Positions 1-9,519 of a DNA stretch of 64,000 bases are shown here, piece after piece. The notes under the pieces were generated by a model. The model worked only from the letters and a program-made list of their open reading frames with translations. It was not told the origin of the DNA and searched no databases. Both the position numbers and the translations under genes were made by a program. The DNA is from Nannocystis bainbridge. GTDB taxonomy: Bacteria; Myxococcota_A; Polyangia; Nannocystales; Nannocystaceae. Every line of letters starts with the position of its first letter. Positions within the stretch are counted from its first letter, which is position 1. Where the stretch lies: positions 2,784,001-2,848,000 of the forward strand of contig NZ_JAQNDL010000001.1 of NCBI RefSeq assembly GCF_028368995.1. Reading direction: 5' to 3'.

Positions 1-601
1 CCAGCTCGGGCAGCACGCGCGTTACCTCGTCGTCGAGCCCGAGGCGCCCGGCGTCGACCTGCCGCAGCACCAGCGCCGCGGTCCACAGCTTGGTGATCGA
101 GCCGACGCGAAAGCGCGTGGTCGCGGTGACGGCCTGTCCTTCGAGACAGGCGCTGCCGGCGGTGGCGACGAACGGCGCGCCGTTACCCTCGACGATCGCC
201 AGGCTCGCGCCGACCCCCGCGAGGTTGTGATGCTCGGCGCAAAAGGCCGCGACGATCCGGGCGTAGCGCGCCGGCGCGCCGGCGTTGCGCCGCAAGCACG
301 CAGCCCGGCGATCGTCACCGGGCCGCGAGGTCGCATCCTCTCCTCGCGCATCGGAGCCCGCAGGCGTCGCATCCTCTCCTCGCGCATCGGAGCCCGCAGC
401 CGTCGCATCCTCTCTTCGCGCATCGATCCCCGTGCGCGTCGCGTCGTGCGCATTACCCTCGGCGTCCGACTGCCGCGACGCCGCCTCCTGGCGCCCATCG
501 ATCGACGCGTCGCTCGGGCCTTGACCCGACGCCCTCTCCGTAACCCCTGGCTCGCCGCACGCGAGCAGGAGCGCGCACCCGCCGGCCCGCGCGAGACGCA
601 T
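1..601 (-). CDS. Serine hydrolase (beta-lactamase class C-like) lipoprotein, 3' end truncated by the window edge
   Basis: Not in the ORF track. ATG at 601 gives MRLARAGGCALLLAC (lipobox-like) and continues in frame to TRFRVGSITKLWTAALVLRQVDAGRLGLDDEV, which carries the SxxK motif of this family. Confidence 0.85.
   Translation of the reverse strand, partial: MRLARAGGCALLLACGEPGVTERASGQGPSDASIDGRQEAASRQSDAEGNAHDATRTGIDARREDATAAGSDARGEDATPAGSDARGEDATSRPGDDRRAACLRRNAGAPARYARIVAAFCAEHHNLAGVGASLAIVEGNGAPFVATAGSACLEGQAVTATTRFRVGSITKLWTAALVLRQVDAGRLGLDDEVTRVLPEL
329..428. repeat. 36-bp in-frame tandem repeat (about 3 units) in the serine hydrolase linker
   Basis: gtcgcatcctctcctcgcgcatcggagcccgca repeated; encodes (AGSDARGEDAT)n on the minus strand. 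Confidence 0.8.
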
Positions 602-611
602 CGACGCGCCG

Positions 612-1601
612 CTACTCCGCCTCGCCGCGGATCGTCCGCAGGCGCACGGGGGCGCGGGCGCGCTGGCGGAAGCGACGCTCGGCGTACGCGACGTCCTCGA
701 CCCACAGCCGGGCCGCGCGGGCCTCGATCATCGGGCGCACCAGCCGACCGAACCCGAGCGCCCACCTGAAGCCGGGCCGATCCGACGTCGCAAGCGTCGC
801 CTCGATCACCGCGCAGCGGCCGGGCCCGAGCGGGGTCGCGTGCGTCTCGACCACCGAGCCCACGCCCTCGCCGCCGACGATCGTCATCACGATCGTGCGT
901 GGGTCGGAGCAGTGGAAGGTCGCGTCGACCTCGACCGCCAGCGGCCCGAACAAGCGGTAGGCCACGCGCACCAGCAGGTGGTCGGGCTCGTCGGCCAGGA
1001 CCTTGAGGCGGGCGAACGAGTGCGGGTGGTAGTGCGCGCCGTGCCACGGATCGAGGCGGTTGGCGAGGATGTCCGAAGGGTCACATTCGGCCTCCATCCG
1101 CACCACGCCGGCCAGGAACCGGTCCGGGCGCGGGGCCAGGATCGGCGCCGGCGTCCTCGCCTCGGCGCCGGCATGACCTGTCTCTTCGGGCATCTGCACC
1201 CACACCAGCACGCCGTCGTCGTGCGTCGCCAGCGGACGCCAGCGGCCGTGCGGCTCGTCGCCGAGCTCGAGCCCGTGCCACGGACAGACCAGGTTGTCGT
1301 TGCGGACCTTCGCGCAGGCCAGCGACGCGCCCATGTGCGGGCACGCCTCGGGCGCCGCGCGCACGCTGTCGTCGCGGGTCCGCCACAGCACCAGCTCGTG
1401 GCCGTCGATGGTATAGGCGCGCGGAGTGCGAACGATCTGCTCGCGCGCGTCGACGGCGAACCAGCCGCCGCCGGGCAGCGCCAGCGCCCGCTGCAGCGCC
1501 TTCTCGATCCGCGCGGGGTTGGCCTGCACCCAATCGGGCGCCTCGCTGTGCGCCTCGCCGGGCGCGGCGGGAGGAGTGCCGAAAGTGTAGAGGCGCGTCA
1601 T
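612..1601 (-). CDS. Rieske [2Fe-2S] protein, carotenoid-cluster-associated type (DUF5914-like)
   Basis: CPHMG...CPWHG Rieske motif and NRLDPWHGAHYH oxygenase-type motif; start MTRLYTFG at 1601. Confidence 0.8.
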   Translation of the reverse strand: MTRLYTFGTPPAAPGEAHSEAPDWVQANPARIEKALQRALALPGGGWFAVDAREQIVRTPRAYTIDGHELVLWRTRDDSVRAAPEACPHMGASLACAKVRNDNLVCPWHGLELGDEPHGRWRPLATHDDGVLVWVQMPEETGHAGAEARTPAPILAPRPDRFLAGVVRMEAECDPSDILANRLDPWHGAHYHPHSFARLKVLADEPDHLLVRVAYRLFGPLAVEVDATFHCSDPRTIVMTIVGGEGVGSVVETHATPLGPGRCAVIEATLATSDRPGFRWALGFGRLVRPMIEARAARLWVEDVAYAERRFRQRARAPVRLRTIRGEAE

Positions 1602-1807
1602 CGGGGCGGCAGGGAGCGCCAGTGTACTACGGGTCCGCTCGTCCCGCACGAACGCCCGGCGCGAGGGCCCGCCCCGCGCCTCGCCGCGAGCGCGTGCGAG
1701 ACGTCGAGATCGAGCGGCGATCGCGGACCGAACGCCGAACCAGCACGGCCCCGCGGACCGGTGCAGGTCCGCGGGCACGCACGAAGCTTCGAGCGCCTCC
1801 CGCCGCG

Positions 1808-2314
1808 CTACCACACCGCGAAGGCGCTGCAGCTCAGGGCGTCCAGCGAACCCCCGTGCGTCAGCGGGACCGACTTGGTGGAGTTGTTGGCGATCGGGCC
1901 GGTGGTATAGCCGGTGTAGGGCGCCGGGCTGCCCCAGTAGTGCTGGACCGTGTACGAGATGATGGCGCCGGCCGGGATGCCCCCGGGCACCGCACAACCC
2001 TCGGAGGACAGGGTCGAGAGCCGGGCGTCAAAGTTGAAGATCGACGGGGAGGTGATCGTGCAACACAAGGGGACGAAGCCCTCGGCGACGTCGGGGCGGT
2101 CCGTCAGCTCGGCGAGGTCGTGGTCGGCGAGGCCCTCGGCGGCCTCCTCGGCCTCGGCGTCCTCCGCCGCGAGCTCGAGGTCGTCCTCGCCCAGGCGGGC
2201 CAGCTCGGCCTCCTGATCGGGGTCGTCGCAAGCGACGGCGAGCAGCATGCCCGGGAGGGCCAGCGCGAATGACGTGCGGTAGACAAAGCGATGGATACGC
2301 GATGTGATGGTCAT
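1808..2314 (-). CDS. Hypothetical lipoprotein with acidic segment and Cys-containing C-terminal domain
   Basis: C-terminal part of ORF 1808..3844; signal ending LLAVAC, an acidic stretch, then a normal-complexity domain. Confidence 0.7.
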   Translation of the reverse strand: MTITSRIHRFVYRTSFALALPGMLLAVACDDPDQEAELARLGEDDLELAAEDAEAEEAAEGLADHDLAELTDRPDVAEGFVPLCCTITSPSIFNFDARLSTLSSEGCAVPGGIPAGAIISYTVQHYWGSPAPYTGYTTGPIANNSTKSVPLTHGGSLDALSCSAFAVW

Positions 2315-2598
2315 GATGATCTTCTCTGTTTGCCGATACATGAGCGCGCCCGTCCGGGCTCCACGCGGTCCCGCGTCTCGTCGCGCCCGATCGGCTAGGT
2401 GTCCGCGGCCTGCGGACCAATTGCGGCGACTTCGAAGTTTCCTGCGGCACCGTCGGCGCATTCGTATGAACGGCGTCAAGAGCGTCTCGCAGCATTCTGC
2501 GGCGACGTACGCGGTGTCCGAGTCGACCGATTCCCCGCCGTCACCGCCAATGCGACGACTCGGGGTCCGCGCGTCCCAGGTGATCCCCGGACGCGCCG

Positions 2599-3786
2599 TC
2601 AGGTCGCCGCGCGCAGCCACAGCGAGCGCGAACGCAGCACCGCCGCCGTCATCTCCGCCATCGGCGACGCCAGCATCACCCGCGGGTAATCGAGCGGCCC
2701 CGCGTGGTCGCTGAGGAAGCGACACAGCAGGTCCGGCGGCAGGCGCTCGAACAGGTCGACGAACAGCGGCGGCCCGCGCCCGGGGGCGCGCTGCAGGTGC
2801 GCCAGCAGCACCCGGTCCATCGCCACCGCCGCCGCCGGCCGGGGCGCGGGCACCCGCGGCGGCGCACCTGGCCTTTCGAGCAGCTCGTGCGCCAGCAGCT
2901 GCGAGCTGCGCTGGATCGCCTGGAACGCGTAGCCGGTCGAGCCCTTGGCCAGGCCGCCGCGCAGGCCGAGGTGGATCACCCGCGGGCTGTCGCGCAGCGC
3001 CGCCGGCCGGCTCGTCATCGCGATCGCCCCGCGCTCGCGCCAGCGCACGGTCGGGTCCGTCAGCCCGTAGCGACTTCGCAGGTAGCCGCGCAGGTCGTCC
3101 TCGTAGGTCGCGTCGGGCAGGCTCTCCGGCGAGATGTACGTCGTCTCCACCAGCGCGCGGGTCGACGTGAACGGCAGCACGTACATGAAGTGGATCCCGC
3201 GCGCCTGGTCGACCGCGAAGTCCATCACCGTCGGGACCTCGGGGTCGAACACCGGCGCCGGCGCCTCGACCTCCCAGCCGACGAAATGCTGCAGCAGGTC
3301 GACCTCGTCGCCGCCGGGCGCGGGGGCCGGCGCCGGTCGGCTGTCGAACACCAGCCGCGCGCGCACCACCTCGGCGTCGGTCACCACCTCGCACCCGTCG
3401 CCGACCTCGCGGATCGCCCGCACCGCGCAGCCGCGGCGCAGCTCGATCTCGGGGAACTCCGCGAGTGTCCCGAGGGCCATGTCGTAAAAGACATCCGACG
3501 GCACGTGCTCGTAGGGGTGCCGCGTGGTGCCGCGGACCAGCGAGCGCTCGGCGTCGGCCACGCGCCAGCGGGTCCAGCGGTGGCGGACCGCCGCCGCGAA
3601 CGGGTGGTCGACGAAGCGCCAGTAGCACCACGTGCGGTCGCGGGCGTGCCGCGCGCGCGGCTCGATCAACACCATCCGCGGGCAGGCGACCTGGCGGCGG
3701 CGGGCCTGCAGGGCGATCTGCACCGCGAGGCTGAGGCCCGCACAGCCGGCGCCGGCGATCACGTAGTCCGCGCGCACTGGCGGCAT
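2599..3786 (-). CDS. crtY: Lycopene beta-cyclase (CrtY family)
   Basis: FAD-binding IAGAGCAGLSLA, DRTWCYW, MDF, FMYVLPF, ERGAIAM and GGLAKGSTGYAF motifs. Confidence 0.85.
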   Translation of the reverse strand: MPPVRADYVIAGAGCAGLSLAVQIALQARRRQVACPRMVLIEPRARHARDRTWCYWRFVDHPFAAAVRHRWTRWRVADAERSLVRGTTRHPYEHVPSDVFYDMALGTLAEFPEIELRRGCAVRAIREVGDGCEVVTDAEVVRARLVFDSRPAPAPAPGGDEVDLLQHFVGWEVEAPAPVFDPEVPTVMDFAVDQARGIHFMYVLPFTSTRALVETTYISPESLPDATYEDDLRGYLRSRYGLTDPTVRWRERGAIAMTSRPAALRDSPRVIHLGLRGGLAKGSTGYAFQAIQRSSQLLAHELLERPGAPPRVPAPRPAAAVAMDRVLLAHLQRAPGRGPPLFVDLFERLPPDLLCRFLSDHAGPLDYPRVMLASPMAEMTAAVLRSRSLWLRAAT

Positions 3787-3869
3787 CTATGGCCCATGCG
3801 GGCGCAGATCTCAAGCCGCGGCGATCTCCGCGAGCACGGCGCACGGGCCTTCATGATAACGTCGGCCGC

Positions 3870-5204
3870 ATGCGCGACCTCCGGCTGCTCCGCCGACGCC
3901 TGCACACCGCCCTCACCTCGGGGCTCCTGCTCGCCGCCTGCGGCCCGGCCCCCGCGCCCGCCGAAGCCACCAAGCCCGCGCCGGCCAAGGCCGCCACGCC
4001 CGAGCCCACGCCCGCCAAGGTCGAGCCCGCTCCTGTCGTCGCCGACGCCGCGCCCGCCGGCCCGCAGTACCCGGCGCGCACCGGCATGGACCCGTACGAC
4101 CCTGACGGCCTCGAGGAAGAGGGCTGCAACAACGGCGACTGGTGCGGCCCGCCCACGGCCGCCGAGAAGTTCCGCGCCCCCCAGGCGACCGACGAGATCG
4201 GCTGTCCCACGCGCCTCATCGGCCGCCCCGACCCGGGCGACAGCGCCAAGGAGAAGGTCTTCAAGGGCCTCTCGATGAACCCGATGATGATGGGCCGCCT
4301 GCGCAAGATCGCCACCGACGACAAGCGCAAGGCCAGCGGCGACGGCGAGGTCTGCTGCTACCACTGGTTCGACTACTGCAGCGGCCGCCCGCTGCTGGCC
4401 GGCAGCGACGACGCCATGCTCGCGCCGGTCCTGCCCGGAAGGACATGGCTCTCGGAGCATGTCCCTGAGGACATGCTCGGAGGGCCAGACGCTGAGCAGC
4501 GCGCGCTGCTGGCCGCCGCCTGGCTCGTCGACGCCCAGATGGAGCACGCCTCGGTCGCCGCGTTCGCCCGCGCCGCGCTCGAGCTGATGGCTGTCGGCGC
4601 CCCGCCCGAGCTGCTGAGCGGCTGCGCCGAGGCCGGGCTCGACGAGGTCCGGCACGCGCAGGCCTGCTTCGCCCTCGCGGCCGCGTACGGCGGCGTCGCG
4701 CTCGCGCCGGGCCCGCTGCCGCCGGTGCAGCCCCGCGCCGGCGGTCTGGTCGCGCTCGCCTGCGACACCTTCCGCGAGGGCTGCGTCGGCGAGACGATCG
4801 CCGCGCTCACCGCGCTGCGCAGCCGCCGCGACTGCGAAGCCCCGGCCGCCGAAGTCGCGCTGGCGAGCATCGCCGCCGACGAAACCCGCCACGCCGAACT
4901 CGCCTGGGCCACGGTCGCCTGGGCCATCGACGTCGGCGGGCCCGAGGTCGCCGCGGCCGTGCGCGCCGTCGCGGCCGAGCTGCGAGCCGCCGCGTTCGTC
5001 GACGAGCCGTGCGCGCGCGAGCCCGACCTGCGGAGGTTCGGTCGCCTCGGTCCGCAAGCGCGGGTCGATACCCGCCGCGACGCGTGGACCGGCGTCCTCG
5101 ATCGCATGTTGAAGCTGGTCCTCGAGGATCTCGAGGTCGAGGGCGATGACCCTCGGCCGGCTCACGCCGAAGCCGCAGAGCCCGCCGTTACCTTGCGCGC
5201 CTGA
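3870..5204 (+). CDS. Myxobacterial ferritin-like domain lipoprotein
   Basis: Lipobox LLAAC; EHASVAAF...DEVRHA...EGCVGET...DETRHAELAW di-iron ExxH motifs. Confidence 0.85.
   Translation: MRDLRLLRRRLHTALTSGLLLAACGPAPAPAEATKPAPAKAATPEPTPAKVEPAPVVADAAPAGPQYPARTGMDPYDPDGLEEEGCNNGDWCGPPTAAEKFRAPQATDEIGCPTRLIGRPDPGDSAKEKVFKGLSMNPMMMGRLRKIATDDKRKASGDGEVCCYHWFDYCSGRPLLAGSDDAMLAPVLPGRTWLSEHVPEDMLGGPDAEQRALLAAAWLVDAQMEHASVAAFARAALELMAVGAPPELLSGCAEAGLDEVRHAQACFALAAAYGGVALAPGPLPPVQPRAGGLVALACDTFREGCVGETIAALTALRSRRDCEAPAAEVALASIAADETRHAELAWATVAWAIDVGGPEVAAAVRAVAAELRAAAFVDEPCAREPDLRRFGRLGPQARVDTRRDAWTGVLDRMLKLVLEDLEVEGDDPRPAHAEAAEPAVTLRA
4432..4487. repeat. 4 tandem 14-bp TG-N10-CA units inside a CDS
   Basis: TGCCCGGAAGGACA TGGCTCTCGGAGCA TGTCCCTGAGGACA TGCTCGGAGGGCCA. 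Confidence 0.8.
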
Positions 5205-5244
5205 GAAATTGCGACGCGCCGCCGCCCCGCCCTATGATCGCGGG

Positions 5245-6213
5245 ATGGCCCGCCGCTTCTCGTTCCTCGCGCTCGTCACCCTCGCGGCCTGTGCCGGCGG
5301 CGAGGACGTGACTCAAAGTTCAGGTTTCGGCGGCTCGTTTCCACCGCCGACCACCGCGTCGCCGACCACCCAGGGCATGTCGGGCACCTCCGCGCCGACC
5401 ACCGACGACGACTCGGCCGGCACCACCGACATGATCCGGCCCGACTTCGGCGACGAAGCGCCGACCACCGACGACGCGCCGACCACCGGCCCCGTCGATC
5501 CGTCGGGCACCAGCGATCCGAGCACCACCTCCACCACCGAGCCGGCGACGTCCTGCGGCGACGGGGCGATCGAGCCGCCCGAGGAGTGCGAGGGCGCCAA
5601 CGTCAACGGGCAGACCTGCCAGGGCCTCGGCTTCAACGGCGGCGTCCTGACCTGCGCCGCCGCGACCTGCACGTGGGACAAGAGCCAGTGCCTGAGCGAG
5701 TCGTGCGGCGACGGCACCAAGAACGGCGGCGAGGAGTGCGACTGCGGCGCGCAGGGCACCCAGTGCTCGGCCGCGCAGCTCGGCAACCTGGTGTGCGCGC
5801 AGTTGGTCGCCCCGGCCAATGGCAACTACCACGGCGGCACGCTGACCTGCGGCAGCCCGCAGAGCTGCCTGTTCAACAAGACAGGTTGCTTCTGGTGCGG
5901 CGACGGCGTGCGCAACGGGCCCGAGTCGTGCGAAGGCGGCGACCTCGGCGGCCAGACCTGCAACGGCCTCGGGTTCAGCGGCGGCTCCCTGAGCTGCAAC
6001 GCCAACTGCACCCACAACACCGCCGGCTGCGTCAACATGGTCTGCGGCGACGGCGTGTGCAGCGGCGGCGAGGACGACTGCAGCTGCCCGCAGGACTGCC
6101 CCGAAGACCCGTACTCGTGCTCGGACTGCGAGTGCGGCGGCTTCAGTGGCGCCTGCGCCTGCGACCCCGATTGCTTCTTCTACGGCGACTGCTGCATCGA
6201 CGGCCCGTGCTGA
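5245..6213 (+). CDS. Cysteine-rich myxobacterial lipoprotein (CGDG...EEC repeats)
   Basis: Lipobox LAAC, Thr-rich linker, repeated CGDG/GEECD modules. Confidence 0.85.
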   Translation: MARRFSFLALVTLAACAGGEDVTQSSGFGGSFPPPTTASPTTQGMSGTSAPTTDDDSAGTTDMIRPDFGDEAPTTDDAPTTGPVDPSGTSDPSTTSTTEPATSCGDGAIEPPEECEGANVNGQTCQGLGFNGGVLTCAAATCTWDKSQCLSESCGDGTKNGGEECDCGAQGTQCSAAQLGNLVCAQLVAPANGNYHGGTLTCGSPQSCLFNKTGCFWCGDGVRNGPESCEGGDLGGQTCNGLGFSGGSLSCNANCTHNTAGCVNMVCGDGVCSGGEDDCSCPQDCPEDPYSCSDCECGGFSGACACDPDCFFYGDCCIDGPC

Positions 6214-6435
6214 CCGCGAGTCGCATGCGACCGGCGCCGCGAGCGTGACGAGCGTCGAGCCGCCCCGGCGAGGGCCGGCTGTGACCACGAGCGTCACGAG
6301 ACTCGCTTCGAGGCGATCGAGCCACGCGCAGTCGCAGTGCGGACATCGGCTTCGCGGTCCGTGTCCGCCCACGCACCATTCTTGCCGGCTGTCGCACGGA
6401 TGCTATCGTCGGCTCGCGTACGAGGGGGATCTGTC

Positions 6436-7572
6436 ATGCGTCCATTCGCTCTGTTCAGCCTGACCTTCGCGACAGCGGCCCTGCTCGGCTTCGGCCCCGC
6501 CCGCGCCGCCGCCCCGGCGAGCGAGACCTGCTTCGCCGGCTGCACCGCGCCGGGCCTGTCCGCGGACGACCAGGCCACGTGCCGCCTCCAGTGCGCCCGC
6601 CTGGCCGAGTCCGCGACGGCGACCCCCGCGGCCAAACCCGCGACCCCGCCTGCAACCGCCCCTGCGGCCGGGTCCGCTGCGACGCCGCCCGCCGCCCGAC
6701 CTGCCACCCCGCCCGCGTCTTCGCCCTCCGCGTCTCCGCCGCCGCGCGCGGCTCAGCCCGCTCCCGACCCCGCACAGCAGCGATTTTTGTGCGAGTCGCA
6801 ATGCGAGCGCGAGGCGACCCCGGGCGACCGCGCCACCTGCCGCCTGCATTGCGGCCAGACCTACCGCGCCCCGCAGCCGGGCGCGCCGGTGTCGAGCACC
6901 AGCGTCGGCGGCACGACGACCTACAGCTTCGCCCCCGGCGGCGGCTCGGTGCCGGTGACGACGACGCAAGGCCCCGCCTACACCCCCGCGCAGCCGGGCA
7001 CCACGGCGGCCACGTACAACCCTCAGGCCGCGCAGCAACAGCAGCAGCAGATCGCCGCCTGCCAGTCCACCTGCGACCGCGAGGCCTCGGCGACCGACCG
7101 CGCCACCTGCCGCAACAACTGCGGCGCGGTCGGCACGGTGGTCGGCCCCGCGGCCCCGAGCCAGTGGGTCCTCGGCCCGGCGCCGACCATGACCGACGCC
7201 GAGCAGCGCGCCGCGGTCATCCGCTCGTCGAACGGCGTGGTCCAGGGCGGCGCGCCGCGCCCGGTCACCGCGGCCCCGAGTCAGCCCGGCCCGCGTCCGG
7301 CCGCCGGCCCGACCCCCACCCCGGCGACCCCGGGCCAGGCCACCTTCACCGTCCCCGCCCAGCCGCAAAACCCCCACTGCGCCGCCCATGCCCAGAACTG
7401 CAAGGTCAGCTGCGCCAGCGAGCAGACGACCTGCAGCAACCAGTGCGACGGGGGCAAGATGTCCGAGACCGACCGCGCGACCTGCAAGCTGACCTGCACC
7501 GGCGCCGGCGACTCGTGCCGCGACGACTGCCGCATGAAAGAGGCCGCCTGCAAGCCGGCCGTGTACCACTGA
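6436..7572 (+). CDS. Secreted protein with four CxxxC...DRATCxxxC repeats
   Basis: Signal peptide; D(Q/R)ATC(R/K) motif x4 separated by Pro/Ala/Gln-rich linkers; SD-like GAGGGG upstream. Confidence 0.8.
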   Translation: MRPFALFSLTFATAALLGFGPARAAAPASETCFAGCTAPGLSADDQATCRLQCARLAESATATPAAKPATPPATAPAAGSAATPPAARPATPPASSPSASPPPRAAQPAPDPAQQRFLCESQCEREATPGDRATCRLHCGQTYRAPQPGAPVSSTSVGGTTTYSFAPGGGSVPVTTTQGPAYTPAQPGTTAATYNPQAAQQQQQQIAACQSTCDREASATDRATCRNNCGAVGTVVGPAAPSQWVLGPAPTMTDAEQRAAVIRSSNGVVQGGAPRPVTAAPSQPGPRPAAGPTPTPATPGQATFTVPAQPQNPHCAAHAQNCKVSCASEQTTCSNQCDGGKMSETDRATCKLTCTGAGDSCRDDCRMKEAACKPAVYH

Positions 7573-7583
7573 GCGATCGCGGC

Positions 7584-7653
7584 TGTCCATGCGGACATGC
7601 CCTAAAGGACATGTCCGGCGCGCCATGACCATTCGGACATGCCCCCATGAGCA
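7584..7653. repeat. Intergenic array of 5 head-to-tail 14-bp palindromic units
   Basis: TGTCCATGCGGACA TGCCCTAAAGGACA TGTCCGGCGCGCCA TGACCATTCGGACA TGCCCCCATGAGCA between convergent genes. Confidence 0.9.
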
Positions 7654-7676
7654 TGTCCACTATATAAAAAGAAATT

Positions 7677-8933
7677 TCAGCCGGGGATCGGCACGTCGCA
7701 GCCGAACACCACGTCGACGTCGTCGACCAGCCCGTCCTTGAGCGCGTCGCAGGCGGTGCCATGGAAGGTGATCGTGTTGGTGCTCGGGTCGTACGTCCAG
7801 CCGTTGCCGGCGTCGTTCGGCAGCCCCGGGATCATGTCCTCAAAAAACACGTAGATCTCGCTCGGGTCGTCCGGCACGGTGTCGAGCTCGAAGGTGCACG
7901 AGACCACCGCGCCGGCGATCGCCTCGAGCGCCGCCTCGAGCGAGGCCGGGTTGTTGGCGTTGTAGGGCATGCCCGTGCCGCCGCTCGTGGCGATCTCGGC
8001 CAGCGAGCCGAGGATCCCGTCCGAGAACCCGACCGCGTAGGTCGGCACCGAGATCGCCTGCGCGAACAGCTCGGCGGCCGCGGACGGCCCGTCGTTGGGG
8101 TCCTGGCACTCGCCGCTCTCGTTGCCGTCGGTGATCAGCAGCACCGCGTTGCCGCGCGTCGGGTCCTGGATCTGCGGCTCGCCGACCAGCGCCTTGAGCG
8201 TATTGCCGGTGCTCGTCTCCGGGTCGCCCGAGTCGCACAGGTAGCCGTTGCCCTTGTCCGCCAGGAATTGCTGGATCGCCCCGCCGTTGAACTCGGCCAG
8301 CGGCACCACGATCGTGCCGGCCGAGCAGCCGTTGCCGACGCACGCCGAGTAGGTCACGAGCCCGAACCGGATCTCCTCGTTGAAGGTCGTCACCAGCTTG
8401 AAGATCGCGTCCTTCGCCACCTCCCAGCGGTTCTTGTCCGAGTCCTGGACGTCGCCGTCCATGCTGCCGCTGCGGTCGAGCACGATCATCACGTTGGGCA
8501 CGACCTGGGTCAGCGCGAACTCCTGGGCCCCACACTCCCCGCCGATCTCGCACACGCCGTCGTTGCAGGTCTGGCCGCCGTCGCAGTCCTCGTCGAACAC
8601 GCAGCCGCCCGCCGGCAGGCACTGGCCCGACCACGAGCCGCAGTGCTGGCCTTCGGGACAGTCCTGGTCGCCGCTGCAGCCCGGGCCGCCGGTGGTCGTC
8701 GGCGCGCTGGTCGGCGAGCCGCTCGGGTCGACGCTGGTAGTCGCGTCGCTGTCGCCTCCGGTCGTCTCGCCGCCCGTCCCCGCCGTCACGCCGGTGGCGC
8801 CGCTCGCCCCCGTGATGCTGGTCGGCGCGGTCGCCCCGGCCGTGGTCTCGCCGTCGTCGCCGTCGTCGCCGCAGCCCACGACCAGCGCTCCTGCCACCAG
8901 CCAACTCGAGATTCGACCCGTCCGCGCGTGCAT
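7677..8933 (-). CDS. vWA-domain lipoprotein (CglB-like architecture)
   Basis: Lipobox LVVGC, Cys-rich segment, MIDAS motif VLDRSGSM and LLITDG; GGAG SD upstream. Confidence 0.85.
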   Translation of the reverse strand: MHARTGRISSWLVAGALVVGCGDDGDDGETTAGATAPTSITGASGATGVTAGTGGETTGGDSDATTSVDPSGSPTSAPTTTGGPGCSGDQDCPEGQHCGSWSGQCLPAGGCVFDEDCDGGQTCNDGVCEIGGECGAQEFALTQVVPNVMIVLDRSGSMDGDVQDSDKNRWEVAKDAIFKLVTTFNEEIRFGLVTYSACVGNGCSAGTIVVPLAEFNGGAIQQFLADKGNGYLCDSGDPETSTGNTLKALVGEPQIQDPTRGNAVLLITDGNESGECQDPNDGPSAAAELFAQAISVPTYAVGFSDGILGSLAEIATSGGTGMPYNANNPASLEAALEAIAGAVVSCTFELDTVPDDPSEIYVFFEDMIPGLPNDAGNGWTYDPSTNTITFHGTACDALKDGLVDDVDVVFGCDVPIPG

Positions 8934-9049
8934 GACCGACTCCTCCGGCGCGACTGGCGCCAGAATCGCCTCTTACCGGAGCGCGCGCACAGGTGTCAAT
9001 CAGCCGTCCTCCGACGCACAATCCCCCATCCCGGCGCGCGGCTCAACGG

Positions 9050-9250
9050 CCCAGCTCGCTTCGCAACGACATGTCCCCGGGGACATGTCAGCTTCTCGCC
9101 GACCTCGGCCGCGCCGGTCCAGCTCGCTCGCCGCGACATGTCCCCGGGACAGGTCATCCTCTCGCCGGCCTCGGCAGCGACGGTCCAGCTCGCTCGCCGC
9201 CCATGTCTCCGGGAACAGGTCATACGCATCGCCGGCCTCGGCACGCGACG
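9050..9250. repeat. About 66-68-bp degenerate tandem repeat (3 units), each carrying the 14-bp motif or a near variant
   Basis: ccagctcgct...catgtcyccggg(g/a)aca(t/g)gtca...tcgccg(a/g)cctcggc x3; perfect palindrome TGTCCCCGGGGACA at 9072-9085. Confidence 0.8.
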
Positions 9251-9407
9251 CCCTGACCCCTCCTTTCGGACATGTCCCCGAGGACAGGCGCACTCTCGCC
9301 GAGTCGGAAGGCATGCCGCCCGCCCCCGGCAAAGCGAGCGCGAGCGTCCGGCATTTCCGAGCTTGCCGCGATCGGCAAGCCGATCGCGGCCGATGACGCC
9401 CTTCACG

Positions 9408-9486
9408 ATCTTCGCGAGCGCGCCTGAGAATCTTCGCGACCCCACCTCGCGGCCGCCGCGCCCCCGGCTGAAAATCCTCGATTTTC
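9408..9486 (+). promoter_or_regulatory. Candidate operator elements upstream of the metal-efflux operon
   Basis: Direct repeat ATCTTCGCGA at 9408 and 9430, and perfect inverted repeat GAAAATC-CTC-GATTTTC at 9470-9486. Confidence 0.4.
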
Positions 9487-9519
9487 TCCCCTGACCCGCC
9501 GCATGCATGCGCACGCCGC

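Noticed and set aside
2315-3844. Long 678-aa minus-strand ORF
   Set aside because: It is an out-of-frame shadow of crtY; only the last ~168 codons look like real protein.
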